From: Oikopleura dioica | Lineage: Eukaryota; Animalia; Chordata | NCBI GenBank assembly: GCA_907165135.1 | Contig: OU015567.1 | Coordinates: forward strand, 2,728,001-2,792,000 | Length of the DNA: 64,000 nucleotides | Reading direction: 5' to 3' | Shown: positions 47,361-60,172 of the stretch, piece after piece | Layout of the letters: the number at the start of each line of letters is the position of its first letter | Numbering within the stretch: the first letter of the stretch is position 1 | The notes under the pieces: model-generated | Databases searched by the model: none | What the model was told of the DNA's origin: nothing | What the model saw: the letters and a program-made list of their open reading frames with translations, nothing else | Program-made: the position numbers and the translations under genes

Positions 47361-49956
47361 ATGAAGCTCCTGGCGACTGTCATAGCAGTTGCTGCAGCGA
47401 GAAAAAGTAAACGCCTTGATTACATCAGAGATTACTTTCACTAAGAGATAGACTTTCAACTTAAATATTTCAGACTCATGCAGCAACACGCCACCAGTAG
47501 GCACTATCATCCTCGGACATGACGAGAACTACAACTACGCTGTCACCGCCGAAGACGTCGCCAACTGGTCTGCCTGTGGTCCCAATGCCGACTGCACAAA
47601 GATCCGAGGCTGGAACTTCGAGTGTGTCTGTAAGGAAGGTTTCATCGATTACGCACCAGAAGACTACCGAAAGGGCTCATGCTTTGATTCCTGTTTCACC
47701 GCCGTAATCCCAGACCACTCCACATGCGATGTCGACGCCGACGGCAACGCTTTCTGGACCTGCGATGACGGTTACTACCAGTCCTCCGTAGAAATCGAAG
47801 GATCCGGTTCCGGAGACGCCGAATTCGAAGACGTTTGCTTCTTTGACTCTTGCGCTACTGACCCATGTGCTGATAACGCCGATTGCACCGCCGATGGTGA
47901 CTCCCACGTCTGCTCCTGCTCCGCTGGATTCTTCGACTTCAACGGTGATGCTTCTCTTTGCGTCCCAGACAACTGTGCCGCTGGTACTGGTGGTTGTGAT
48001 GCCGACGCTACCTGCTCCGTCGATCTTCCCGATGAGGACGGTAACGGTCAGAACTCCTGCACTTGCAATGCCGGCTTCTATGGCGATGGAGAGGAATGCT
48101 TCGTCGACTCTTGCGCTCTGAGCCCATGCCAAGATGACGCCACCTGCGCTAACGTCGGTGACGACTTCACCTGTACTTGCAACGAAGGCTTCTACCTCGG
48201 ATACGCTCCATATGAAGGTTCAGGTGAAGGTTCCACCTGGGACGACCCAGCGGCCTGCCACGTCGATGTCTGCGATTCTGCCAACCCATGTGATGCTGAC
48301 GCCGCTTGCACCAACAACGCTGATGGTTCTACCAGCTGCGCTTGCAACGCCGGCTTCTACGGTGACGGATACGAATGCTTCGTCGACTCCTGTGCCCTTA
48401 GCCCGTGCCAGGATAATTCTGCTTGCGAAAACATCGGTGATGATTACACCTGCACATGCAACTTCGGATATTACCTCGGTTTTGCACCCTACGAGGGATC
48501 TGGAGAGGGCTCAACCTGGGAAAATCCTGATGCATGCCATGTTGATGTCTGTGCCTCCGCAAATCCATGCGATGTCGATGCTGCTTGCTTCAACAATCCG
48601 GACGGCTCTCAATCCTGCGCCTGCAACGACGGTTTCTACGGTGATGGATACGAGTGTTTTGTTGATTCATGCGCCCTCAGCCCTTGCCAAGATGACGCAA
48701 CGTGCGCCAACGTTGGTGATGAGTATACGTGTACATGCAATGACGGCTTCTACCTCGGTTACGCTCCATATGAAGGATCCGGCGAAGGTTCTACCTGGGA
48801 CGATCCAGCTGCTTGTCACATCGACGTCTGTGCCTCCGCGAACCCATGTGACGCTGATGCTGCTTGCTCCAATAATGACGATGGTTCACAAAGCTGTTCT
48901 TGTAACGATGGATTCTACGGGGATGGCTATGAGTGCTTCGTCGATTCTTGCGCTCTAAGCCCATGCCAGGCTGACTCAACCTGTGCCAATACTGGTGATA
49001 GCTACACGTGCACATGTAACGAAGGTTTCTACCTCGGTGAAGATAGCGAAGGTGATGATGCCTGTCATGTTGATGTTTGCGACTCTGCTAACCCATGCGA
49101 TGTCGACGCCACTTGCTCGAACGAGATTGACGGATCCCAAAGCTGTGTTTGCAACGATGGATTCTACGGCGACGGTGATGAATGTTTCTTCGACTCTTGC
49201 GCAACCAGCCCTTGCCAAGTCGATTCAACTTGCACCAACGAAGGCGACTCGTTTTCATGCACCTGTAATGCTGGTTTCTACGAAGGCACCACAACTGTTG
49301 AGGGGTCAACTGGCGATCTAAGAGACGAAGTTGCTTGCCACGTCGATGTCTGCGCTTCTGAAAGCAATCCATGCGATTCCAACGCTTCTTGCGACAATAA
49401 TGCCGATGGCTCCCAGACTTGCACTTGCAACTTTGACTTCAAGGGCGACGGAGTCACCTGTACTGACATTGGTCTTCTTAATCAAGCTGAAATTCAAGAT
49501 CGACTTGCCGCTTTTGACTCGGATGCCGCTGGTATCGACAATTCCAAGGTTGCCAAGAAGTTCAACAAGGCCCTTAAGAAGTACCCAATGAAACATGTCG
49601 ACAACTACGTATCTGAGTGCATGAACAAGCGCGAAGCCAATGCTATCATTGAAGCTGCTGAAGCTGATGATATTTCTGGACAAGAAGAAGAGCTTCTCGG
49701 CTGGGACATCAGCGATGCCTGCTCTTATGCCAAGGATCTTGCTGTAAGATACTCTTAGATTTTCAGGTTTAAGCATATTTTCTAGACCGCCAACAACCGA
49801 TTCCTGAAGCGATGGGCCTGCGTCGAACAGTGGGGCTTTAACGTTGGTGCCAAGGACCTCAAAAAGGAAAACAAAAACCTCCGAAAGAAAATGAAAAAGT
49901 CAGAAAAACAGCTCAAGCAGTTCACAAGCAAAGTCAACGCTGCCCTTGGCTGCTAG
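47361..49956 (+). CDS. Secreted EGF-repeat protein copy 2 (14 EGF-like domains, acidic, basic coiled-coil tail), intact
   Basis: MKLLATVIAVAAARK|GT, long exon about 47473-49743 in one frame (shadow ORFs all share one frame), last exon DRQQRFLKRWACVEQW..KDLKKENKNLRKKMKK..AALGC* (TAG 49954-49956). Confidence 0.88.
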
Positions 49957-50450
49957 ATCATCCCTTTAAAAATTTGAAAGATTTGAAGCCTGCAAATTTT
50001 TCTTATTTTTTGCATGACAATAAAAAAGCTACATAAAGTCAAACTAAAACACAGTTTTACATTTCTATTTCCGACGATTTTGGCCTTTCAGAGTTTCTTG
50101 CATTTTTGTTGTAACAAAAAATCGTGTAAACAAGTTTCCGTTCACAAAATACGGCGTTTCTTGCCAAAACTCAAAGTGCTCCATAGAATACGAGTTGCCA
50201 AAACAAAACTAGCAATTACCATTCATTTTGTACGAATCTCGCTAGAAACCGCGTTTGGACACAGTAATTTCTAGCTCTAGCATTTTTCCGCAAGCCACAA
50301 AAAGATAACACGCGCGTTCTTTTTGAAGGAGAATTTTAGGAATCCAGACTAGCTATTTTCCCTTTTGGATAAGCAGGATTTTGGCTAGGCGAAAATAATA
50401 AGAGAAGGTAAATTTTGAACGAAAAATTTGACGTCATTTTTTTATTTGCA

Positions 50451-51747
50451 TCACATGGCAAGAAGACTTTTCCATCCAGTTCTATCTCTCAGCCAGGTCG
50501 CAAATCTCACTCGGAATTTTAACAGCTCAAGGTAAAAGTCTAAAACTCAAAAATGCATTTTCAAGGGGAGAGATTACTCACTTGCATTGAGATTCAGTAT
50601 CCAGCGCACTATTGTATATCTATACGCCGTTTGATAAGTCCACTTCATGATTGCTATCTGACGTTTGCCTGCTTTAGAATCAAGAGGGTAAACTTTTGCA
50701 AGTATCTCCCGGTAAGATTCGTCTGAAAAGAAACACGTTGGCCCATCGCGTAATTCAATAGTTTTCTTACCAACTGCTTCACCGTGGCATCCGTTGAAGT
50801 CCATGGCAAGATCGACTGCGTATCGGATAAAAGGATACAGGAGGCCGTAGTTGTCTGAAACTGCTCTTGCCATGGGCTCGAATTCCTTTGGCGGCTGGAA
50901 AATAGGATCATTACTTTTTGTTCAGGGGTTGATTTTGTGAACCTTTATAAGTGAAGGGAGCAAGCAATATTTTGCCATATCATAGACGGTTCTTTTCGCC
51001 CCAAGAACAGACCCAGAGAACGGATTGTACTCGTCCTTCAATCCATGCAAGTGACCCATCACGCGCCAGAAATACAAGTAATCGTGGAGATCTTTTGATT
51101 CTTCAACACCGAAACCTTCGGGGGCGATTGTAATGCTCCCGACGAAACCGACCAGAGTAAAGGCAAGATCAGATTGAGAGACCCACTCTAGAACTAGTTT
51201 AAAAGGTAAGGTTGATAGAGCGAAACTAACGATCGCCATTCTCGTTTTTCCGATCTTTAGTGATTCGTTGAGCCACTGATTTGTGAATGAGGCGGACTTG
51301 TTTCAGAGACTTATGTCCCTCTTTGAAACGATTTTCATTGCTCTAGAATCTATAATACGTTCAGAAAATTAAAAATCTGATCGATTCCTGAGCTCGGGTC
51401 CCAAACATCAGAGTAAATCCACGAACGAACATGAATGCCAGTATGATTGTATCTCCAGTAAGCCTTGTTTTTCTCGTCCGATTTTCCAGTGTAAACAAGA
51501 ACGTCTAGCAGACTCTTGAATGTCAATCCGGACAGTAACGATATCACCATGCTACAGTTACCACTTAGCCGTTGTCATTCTTATCTCGATACCTGAACAT
51601 GCAAGCAGCCACGTGATTTTTATAGTATCGCCTTCCGTTTTGAAATCTTTCATCGTCGTACCAATCCGGCTTCGTCAACGGCCCGTCAAAGAGCCCCTTC
51701 TCTTTACTCCCTTCGAGGATTTTTTCAAACTTTGATTCGTCTTCCAT
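50451..51747 (-). CDS. DUF2236 / ER-bound oxygenase MpaB / rubber oxygenase (Lcp)-like haem protein
   Basis: Spliced exons give KPDWYDDERFQNGRRYY, AYWRYNHTGIHVRSW (RxxxT), KSLKQVRLIHKSV (cf. Lcp VRLxHAxVR), WVSQSDLAFTLVGF, DYLYFWRVMGHLHG, and end ..GWKSLLAM*. Confidence 0.75.
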
Positions 51748-52972
51748 TTTAAAGACAAGAATAATTCCGACGCACCAGAACTAAGGGCGTGGTACTTACT
51801 CAGTACAAGCCTTATTAAAATCAATATTTGCACGCTGCAATTTTTACGGACAAAAATAGAATATTGAAAATTTTTTTCTTCTTGGTGACAAAAGCTTTCC
51901 ATGAATTATACAGAAACGATCATTCTGTATTCTCCACATCTATCGTTGCAAAAAGTCCATGATTGCCTTCAGTCAAATTTCAAGAGAGCTTATTTCTCCA
52001 AGTGAAAAGCGCTTTCATCATAAGTCACTTTCTAATGATTCTTTTTAGCGATCACACATAAATAAAGACTCTCATTTTCCTCTTCGCCGCAAAAATGAAC
52101 TTCTTTTTCAAAGAATGGCTTTTAAGAAATCCGGAGAAATTCGAAAAGTATGCGCGAATGTTTGGCGCTAAAAGAGCTGCCCCGCTTTACATGTCCCAAG
52201 CAGTAAGTTCTCGCATTTTAGATAAAATATTTTCAATTTTTAGCAATTGTGTGCTCATTCGAAAACGGTCAACCAACTGTATGCTCTTTTTGTTACTGTC
52301 ATCATCATTATACTTGCATCCTTAATAATCGTCCAGCTGAATCTTGGCTTGTCGATCTCCGGGATTTTCAAATATTGTTGTGGATCATTTTGTAAAGAAA
52401 GAGGTAAGTCTCTTACTCTGAAATAATTTTTCTCTTCACTTTTCAAGAGAAACGAGGTCAAACGAGCCGCGGTAAAAAATTGAAGCGAAGAATTTCTAGC
52501 CTGAAAAAGCACTCGCGAACTTCGCTAAGAACCCTCTCGGTGATCTCAGAAGAGAAGGATAAAACCGACTTGAGCTCGTCTGAAAAGTCTAAAAATTCGA
52601 TGATCTCGAAAAACTCATAAAAATAAATGTTTTCCTGTTGTTGAATACAAAATGACTTGAAGTTCAGAGCCACAATAGTAGGAGACCAATTTGCATCGCC
52701 GAATTTCCGCAATTTTACGTTTTACGAGAGCTTGATTTTCTTTTGTTTTCGAAATAAAAATGCTCCTCCTTGATTTCAACACGAGAAGATTTCAAACCCA
52801 GCAATTTTGTTTTACAAAGAGACGTATTTTCTGCTTGGCGTAATTCGAAAGAATCAGAACTCGCGAAAGTCGTTCGTGTGTGGGCCCTTCTGAGCGGAAT
52901 CGAGCTAATATTTGCTCAACTCAGAATTCTAACAAGAATTTCAGGCAAAAAAGAGTTTCGAATTCTAGTTTG

Positions 52973-53420
52973 ATGGAGTCTGTAAATGAACAGACAGAGT
53001 GGCCAGTTTATGAGCCGAAAAAGTCGAGAAGGACACAGTTGATAGAGACTGGAGTGATAACAGGGATTGTTTGTTTGACTTTGGTCTACTTTATTGTCTG
53101 GCATTTCAGGGACAACAGAAAGGTATGAGAATATAAAGGTATTTTGAGGTCAGAAAGTCTCAAAAGAAAGTTAATTTTAGCAAGAAATACAGCATTAAAT
53201 CAATTATTGAGATTAAAAAGTCGTCAAAAGAATGCCCAAAAGCAAAGGAGACTTTCATGCCTCATACATACGATACCATCACTGCTTCTAGGTAAACAAA
53301 CAATCATCTAAACTTTTCTACAGTATCTTCTTCAGGACAATCGCCTGTGAGCTGAGCGAATATAGTGCGAAAAACTCACCAAAGATGCCAAGAACTAAGT
53401 CCGTTCCTGAATACGTTCTG
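52973..53420 (+). CDS. Possible small single-pass membrane protein
   Basis: MESVNEQTEWPVYEPKKSRR then hydrophobic GVITGIVCLTLVYFIVW, GT donor near 53123 and an in-frame downstream exon; no family recognised. Confidence 0.35.
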
Positions 53421-54229
53421 TAAAAAAAAAGAGCTCAGTAATCCAAATCCTCCAAGTTCAAATCATCAATTTCCACAAGTTCAACCACTTTTCCTCAAAT
53501 AATCAAATAAATTTCTCTTGTCTCCATCTCGTAGTAAAAATGCAGGAACATCGCCTGAGGCATGGAACGTACAGCGCTGGTACGGCCAATCGACACTGAA
53601 CAACCTCGATCTTCAGAAACAGTTAGAAAGATAGGGTCTGGAATGTTTTCAGCAGAAAATTAGTCGAAAAATCAAAGAGAGAAAGAAAAGATGAGCTGCA
53701 AGCTCTCCTGCTCAAGATGCTTTCTGTACTTTTTGAATGTCCTGTATATTACTTCCGGGATGTTTTTGCTTGTTGCGGGAAGCTTAGGAAGAGTTCAAAC
53801 TTGACAATAGGAGAGTTTATTGACGAATCACGTCGTTCCATGGAAGAAACTTGTTACAGATTCAGAATCATTTTATAATTTTTTTCAGTAATGTTTTTTG
53901 AAATAAAGATTCTCAGTATAAATGAAGTTTTTCAAATAAACTTAAAAATGAATTCTCATCTTTTTATTGTATATTCTCCCGAATTAATCCATTCTCTCGT
54001 ATATTTGCGATTTTCCCTCGATTTACGGGATGTTAATAAAAATGTTTCATTATAAAAAATTTTGGCAAATATTTTTTTATCCCTTTTTTGTTACTACAGC
54101 GTCATATGACAAACGTCATCTGTCAAAAGCCTTGAGCAAAGACTGCCCTAGTATTATCACCGTAATAAGTTTGAACTCTATTAAGTAATTACAAATACAA
54201 GTAGCTTACGTGAGTTCATAATTTATCGA

Positions 54230-55240
54230 CCTGAGATCGCTCCGATCTTCCAAGGCATTTACATGATGATATCTGCCGGCGTTGGCCTATTCCTACTCGG
54301 TATTATTGGATGCGCAGCTGCCGTCAGACAAAATAGGCCAGTGTTCTTTAATCTCGATTTCAGGGATCTCATTTCGTATGAGCATTATTATTTTCGAACA
54401 TATGGAAAAGATGCGGGCTTGGCTTATTCCTGGCGTTGACTGTAACGATCCTGCTTATACAGTGGATCGGAGCGATCGTCACATTTGTCAATTATCCTGA
54501 AGGGAAGACATTTGTCAAGAAAACAATGGATATTTATTCAAATGAGGAGATTCTATCTCCTTGCCTGGAAATTGAGGATCAAAATAAAAGGTGACTTCGG
54601 ATATCCTTTTTCAGCTCTAGTCAGGACCCTGACTCAGGTTGCCGAGCTCAAGACCAATTGATAAAACCTAACCCTAACGAAAGAAATCTTGAAGATAATT
54701 ATAAAATTTAGGGAATTGTGCTTTGTACAGAAGAAATTCAAAGTCGAAAAATCAGGCTGGGCGGATGTGCTCATGAATGGCCGCTGGACTCAAAATTCCG
54801 AAGAGCGAGAGATGCTGTATGAAATCGCGTCACCGATGGTTTCAGTCGTTTGGGAGGATATCCAGAAGAAAAATCAATGCTGCGGTCTCAGTGGGCAGAA
54901 TGATTGGATCGACTCGCATTTTCAGAAGATTCCTGCGACTTGCTGTAATGAAGGTAAAAAACCTCCGACACAAATAACTCTTGTTATCAAAATTCTAGAT
55001 AATTTGACGGAAAGAAGCGAAATTGCCCGAGACAATCGGCAAGTAAGCCGGAGTTACTGTACAAAAGGGGCGAGTAATTTCATCGGCTGCGAAGAAAAAG
55101 CACTCTTATACGCGCATCTAACAGGGATAGCGTTTTTCTTTTCGTTTATTTCTGAACTGCTGGGAATTATTGTAACTTCTGTATATTTAAAACAATTGAA
55201 AGAAGAAAAATCGCCGAAAATTATTCAAGAAAAGATGTAA
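54230..55240 (+). CDS. Tetraspanin (first exon not resolved)
   Basis: TM2 GIYMMISAGVGLFLLGIIGCAAAVRQN, TM3 ILLIQWIGAIVTF, large extracellular loop WEDIQKKNQCCG..DW..IPATCC..YC..GC, TM4 IAFFFSFISELLGIIVTSVYL. Confidence 0.88.
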
Positions 55241-55398
55241 AAAAAATTTATTCAAATAAACTTTCATATTCACCATATTCTCCATCTCCTATGAAAAAAA
55301 GTTGTGAACCTAAGTCGCACGAGTTCGATTCCCGACAAATTAAGTTTTTTTATCGAAAGAAGTTACTTTTTGTTAAAATTGCGCAACGAAAGAAATCA

Positions 55399-56144
55399 AG
55401 TCTACAATGGACGAAATAAATCGTAATTAACGTGCTGGATAAAAATTTTTCAAATCGAGTTAATTTTGCTTTTATCGGATTCAGCGTGTTCGAAAACCTA
55501 GGAAAAAATAGTACTTTTTGACTTCGGGTGTGAAATAGCGATAAGCGCGGCACTTCAAAAGTGAAAAGTATGTCACTTTTGGAAATAGATTTCTAGCGAT
55601 GCGTCAATGATATAAAAATTCTAATCGTACAGACTTTTAGATAATTGTCTAATCTAGTTGGCACTTTTTTAAAATCTTCAAAAAGTTAATGTTTACCCTA
55701 CTTTTCGAGCGATTATGATCACCCAGCGCGCCCGCTCTCATTTTTCGTCCGCTGAACTCACGCTGGGGAGTCCCGCTGGGGACCAGGCGGACGTTGATTA
55801 CCACTCGATTTTCAGACGGTTCATCTTTGAGCGCTCGAAAGGTAGGGTAAACATTAACTTTTTAAAGATTTTAAAAAAGTCCCAACTAGATTAGACAATT
55901 ATCTAAAAGTCTGTTTAGTTAGAATTTTTATATCATTGACGCATCGCTAGAAATCTATTTCCAAAAGTGACATACTTTTCACTTTTGAAGTGCCGCGCTT
56001 ATCGCTATTTCACACCCGAAGTCAAAAAGTACTATTTTTTCCTAGGTTTTCGAACACGCTGAATCCGATAAAAGCAAAATTAACTCGATTTGAAAAATTT
56101 TTATCCAGCACGTTAATTACGATTTATTTCGTCCAATGTAGACT
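55399..56144. mobile_element. Foldback element: two 313-bp near-identical inverted arms around a 120-bp GC-richer core
   Basis: Arms 55399-55711 and 55832-56144; these explain the twin ORFs at 55350(-) and 55990(+). Confidence 0.88.
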
Positions 56145-57616
56145 CTACAATGTACGTTTCTGTATCGTCACCTCCAGTGCATCGTTACTCTAGTCCTTTT
56201 AGGAGGGGAAGCCAGATTCGAGATCGAACCAAAAGAGCGCCGTGGCCAATTGGCGCCACACTCGCGCCCCTTCCAATTTAAATTATCGCAGTTTTTAAAA
56301 TGAAAAAATAAATTCTTTAAAGTGCATCTCCATAAATCGACTCAAAACGAAACACCCAGGCTTCCGCCAAGAAGAAAGATGCAGAAAATAGAGAAATTCC
56401 AGAAAATTGAAGAACCTAAAATTTCTAGAAAAAAATATAAAATAATGATATTTTAGAATTTTAATTGTTGACAGTTGAAATGGCCCACAACAGTCCTTCA
56501 TAAAAACACGTAATTTTGACATAAAATCATCGAGAAAATTCTCATTTTAGCGTAAAATTGATAATATCTGCGTTAAATATCATTTCATTCAATTATTCTT
56601 TTTTTATATTTCTTCGTGAAAATGCAGACTTTGCAGTCTTTTACTCGACTTTCATATTTTTTTGAAGTTGAAATCCATTTTTACGCGGTATTTCTAGAGC
56701 CTTTTTCTGAAAGATTAATGAAAATTGCAAAAGATGCGCTTGATTTTCGGGCACAATTGACGTGAAAGGAAAATTAGTGTAACATGTAATCGATCCTCTT
56801 CGCACGTCAAATCTCTTTTCAAGCCCCATTTTTCTTATCAGCATCCAATGTCAGTATCGACTTCTAGTGCTGGAAGTATTCATGTACCCTCTCAATTTCT
56901 TTATCCTGTCCATTCAGAAAAGCCTTAGCCAGATGCGCCTGACGCGAAATTTGCGTAAAAGCGCAATCGACACAATTTTTCGTCTTTTTTCATTTGCGTC
57001 TTAGATCATCCGGGTCCTGCTGTCACTGGGCCGTGGCTGCCCAAATACGCTTTTGTCAATTTGAATTAGCCAAGACTCCACCTTAATGACACCAAATCCC
57101 CTCCGAGCCAGACTGAATTGTCCTCTTTCTTCTCCGATTCCCTAATTGAGAGAACGACTCTATTCACAGAGAAAAAATAAAAAAGGAAGGCATTTTGAGC
57201 GTTTTACCGCTATTTCTTACAAAACGAGAAGCCGCTTGCGGCTTTAAGCTGAAGAAAAAGAAAGCACTGTCTCAGGTTTTCTACTCAGGTTGCGTAACTT
57301 AGCCTTCAGAGCAAAATTCTGACCCCTGAAGCCACTTTTCTGAACTCAACTTGAGCCAGATGTGACCTTGAGCTTCCCTGCTTATCTGAAATCCCCTCTC
57401 CTCCAAATAGTTGCATTTGAAAAGAGACAGACATTTTCTGTCCCGATTTATATATTTTTTTCTTTTGATTTTTCACGCTGTGCACCCTGCTGGATCCTTT
57501 TATTAACTTTATTTCAAAGCGCTCTTTTTTAGAAATTCGAAAACGGTTTCAATGAAAAAATGACGAGTTAAGGAGCCTCCACGAGAACAGAAAAAAGAAC
57601 CAAAAAGGCAGAAACG

Positions 57617-59841
57617 ATGAAACTCATTTTCGCCATCTTTATTTCGTTTGGAGCTGTTGTGGGCGATTACTGCGATTCGGAGGAAACAGATAGCGGTGAG
57701 AAAAATGTCGAAAATTTATGCTTTTGTCAATATTGAGTCAATGATTTTTGAATTTAAAATTCTCCAATGTGGGTGAGAATTTCCCCGATTTTTAGCTTGA
57801 AACTTGAAAATGACGCAAATCAAATTTTAAATTATTGATTGTTATATATTTTACCGCCAGTCATCCTAGAATTTCATGACGCCATTTTCTCTCCTTATCC
57901 TTTCTTTTAGCAATCTTCGAGCTTCACGACGATTTGGACGATGACGACGACGGATCAATCTCTTCGACCGAAAACCGCGCCTTCATCAACGAATACGGCG
58001 GCGGCGCATCTGCCATCGGAGCTCTTCTCGAAGATAATGACGGTCTCGTTTCCAAAGACGAATTTCTAAAAGCCTGGAAGCGCTCCACCGTTCACAACTG
58101 GACAACAGACGATGTGGTCACTTGGCTCCGTGGAGCAGATCTTGGCTTTCGAAGCGACATTGCTGACCAGATTTCTGCGATTTTTCAAATGCATCGGGTC
58201 ACTGGAAGATGCTTCCCGCTCCTAGCGAAACTCGAACAGACGTTTTTGAAGAAGATCGGAATCAGGCAGCATTTGCTCAGGCGAAAGATTGCGCTTCGAT
58301 CGATGGACGCGATTCTCTTCGGACCGCCGGTGAATGATTCTCTTGTCAAAGACTTGATCTTGGCAGTTTTGGCTGTGTTCATGATCTTTTCCGTCACCTT
58401 CATTATTCGGCTCAAGCGACAGTTTAAGGATGTCAAGTCAAGACTCAAAGCAGAAAGGTAAATGCCCCTTATCATCAACCATATACGCCCATTATTCTAG
58501 TACGAGACTGGAAGAACTGGACAACATGTGGAAAGAATACGCCGAAACGCCGCTTGATCATGATTCCGTTTCTACAGTTCTTGATCTCCCAGCAGGAAAC
58601 CGTCAAAATACAGGTTATTCTTCCGAGAATCAGAATAAACGCCCAAATTAATCTCAAAACGATCAAAAATCTTCCTGAAATTGACTCGCTCGATCCCCAA
58701 TTTCAGCGTCAAATCTATCCAAATTCAAATTAACAAAAAATCAAAACTAAAAAAGTGCCTCAAAAATCATGTAAAGACGGCGGTGAAGAACTAAGCTCTC
58801 TCGCAACTCTGAAAAAGCAAAACGACCAGCTTCAAGCCTCCCTAGAAGAAGCTCACAAGGAGTTGAGAAAGATGCAAAATGGCTACTCCCTCGACAAAAT
58901 AGTCGTGACAAGTGATGTGAAAGAAATTCTCATTAAGACTTATCGTGCGGAGAAACGTAAGAGTAAACTCTTAGGAAATCCTAATCAACCAGTTTGTATT
59001 CAAATGAAATTAAGACAATTTGGACTTTCGAAAACGCGACGCGCGAAAGAAGGAACATGTGGCGACGGAGAATATGAAGAAACTTGAACGAGCAAACACC
59101 AATTTTTTCAGCTCCGTCAGATTGCTTCATTCGCATCAACTTGATCATCTTGACGCGGCGCTAATGCAAGCACACAAGGGTAAACAATCGCTTCAAATCA
59201 AGAAGCCGTTTGCTTCTTTAGCCGCTGCTTTTCTTTCTACGTCTCAAAGCCGCAAGCAGCTTCTTCATTTCAACTCCTTTTTTGGAATGTTCAGATTCTG
59301 ACGCTCTTTTTTAGCCATCGAAGACATCGTCAGTTCCCAGAAAGAATCCCACGATCGTTGGCGAAAAATAGAAAAAATTTTTAAGTAAGCTGGCTCTTTT
59401 TTCATCTTTCGCATCTCTATAACTTCTTTCAGCATCCCGATCATGCGCCAGAAACAGATGGAAAACGGCGAATCGAGTCCGGATATCTACTCGACGCCGA
59501 TCCTTTCCGAGCGTCCTCCTTCTTCCGCGGCGAGGAGCATCCACAACGAGTCTCTTCATCAAATCGCCTTGTCAAACCATCATCAGAATCGAGCGGGTGT
59601 CAAGCCCGTCAGTTCCATCCCTTCCGGCCTGCAACTCCACGGCAACAGCCACAGCAATGGTAATTTTCAGTCATTTTCGCAATCAGTGCCCGAACTGCTC
59701 CGCAATTATCCTTACGGCTCGAGATACTTGTTGCCTGTGATGTACAGGGCCGCACTGAGCAGAAACAGTCACATTGTAAAGAAACCCGCTGCATCTATTG
59801 CGCCATTTTTGAGACTGGGTAAAGTCGAAGGAGCTTTTTAG
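57617..59841 (+). CDS. STIM: Stromal interaction molecule (ER Ca2+ sensor)
   Basis: Signal peptide; EF-hand LHDDLDDDDDGSISSTE; SAM VHNWTTDDVVTWL..RRKIALRSMDAILFGPP; TM KDLILAVLAVFMIF; coiled coil; SOAR/CAD-like ..HSHQLDHLDAALMQAHKAIEDI..HDRWRKIE; SxIP-type motif SSIP. Confidence 0.92.
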
Positions 59842-60172
59842 AGTTTAAGTAAGTGGTGAAAAAGTAAATAAAATTCAAGTTGGTGTCGCGGAAACCGGAA
59901 AGATATTGATGTTATTTCTTTATTTTTTGTATCTAAGGGGGCAGAAATCAAGATCGGATTTTTATTGAAAATAAACATATGTTAGTGACACCCTTATTTT
60001 TATACGCCAGGTCTCTGAAAGTGCCTTGGCAAGACCCTTTAGTTAGTAACTAAGGGTTTGAAGTTTCTATTAGTCAAATTAAATAAGGGTATCAATTTGT
60101 TTATTTGGATCGATTCTTGATGATTACCCTCGTAAAATTGAACGTTCTTTTCACTTTTTTTCTTCAGAAACA

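Noticed and set aside
41155-49776. Long alternative-frame and antisense ORFs over the EGF genes (e.g. 41589-42698 minus, 48134-48958 plus)
   Set aside because: These are shadows of the biased Cys/Asp/Gly/Ala codon usage of the true frame and show no independent motifs.
55350-56193. Two near-identical 67-aa ORFs on opposite strands
   Set aside because: They are a by-product of the foldback arms and have no protein features.
56210-56272. tRNA/SINE-like A-box (TGGCGCCAATTGG) and B-box (GGTTCGATC) on the minus strand; also GTTCGATTC at about 55322
   Set aside because: Box spacing (about 15 nt) is too short and no cloverleaf could be folded; at most a decayed Pol III-type remnant.
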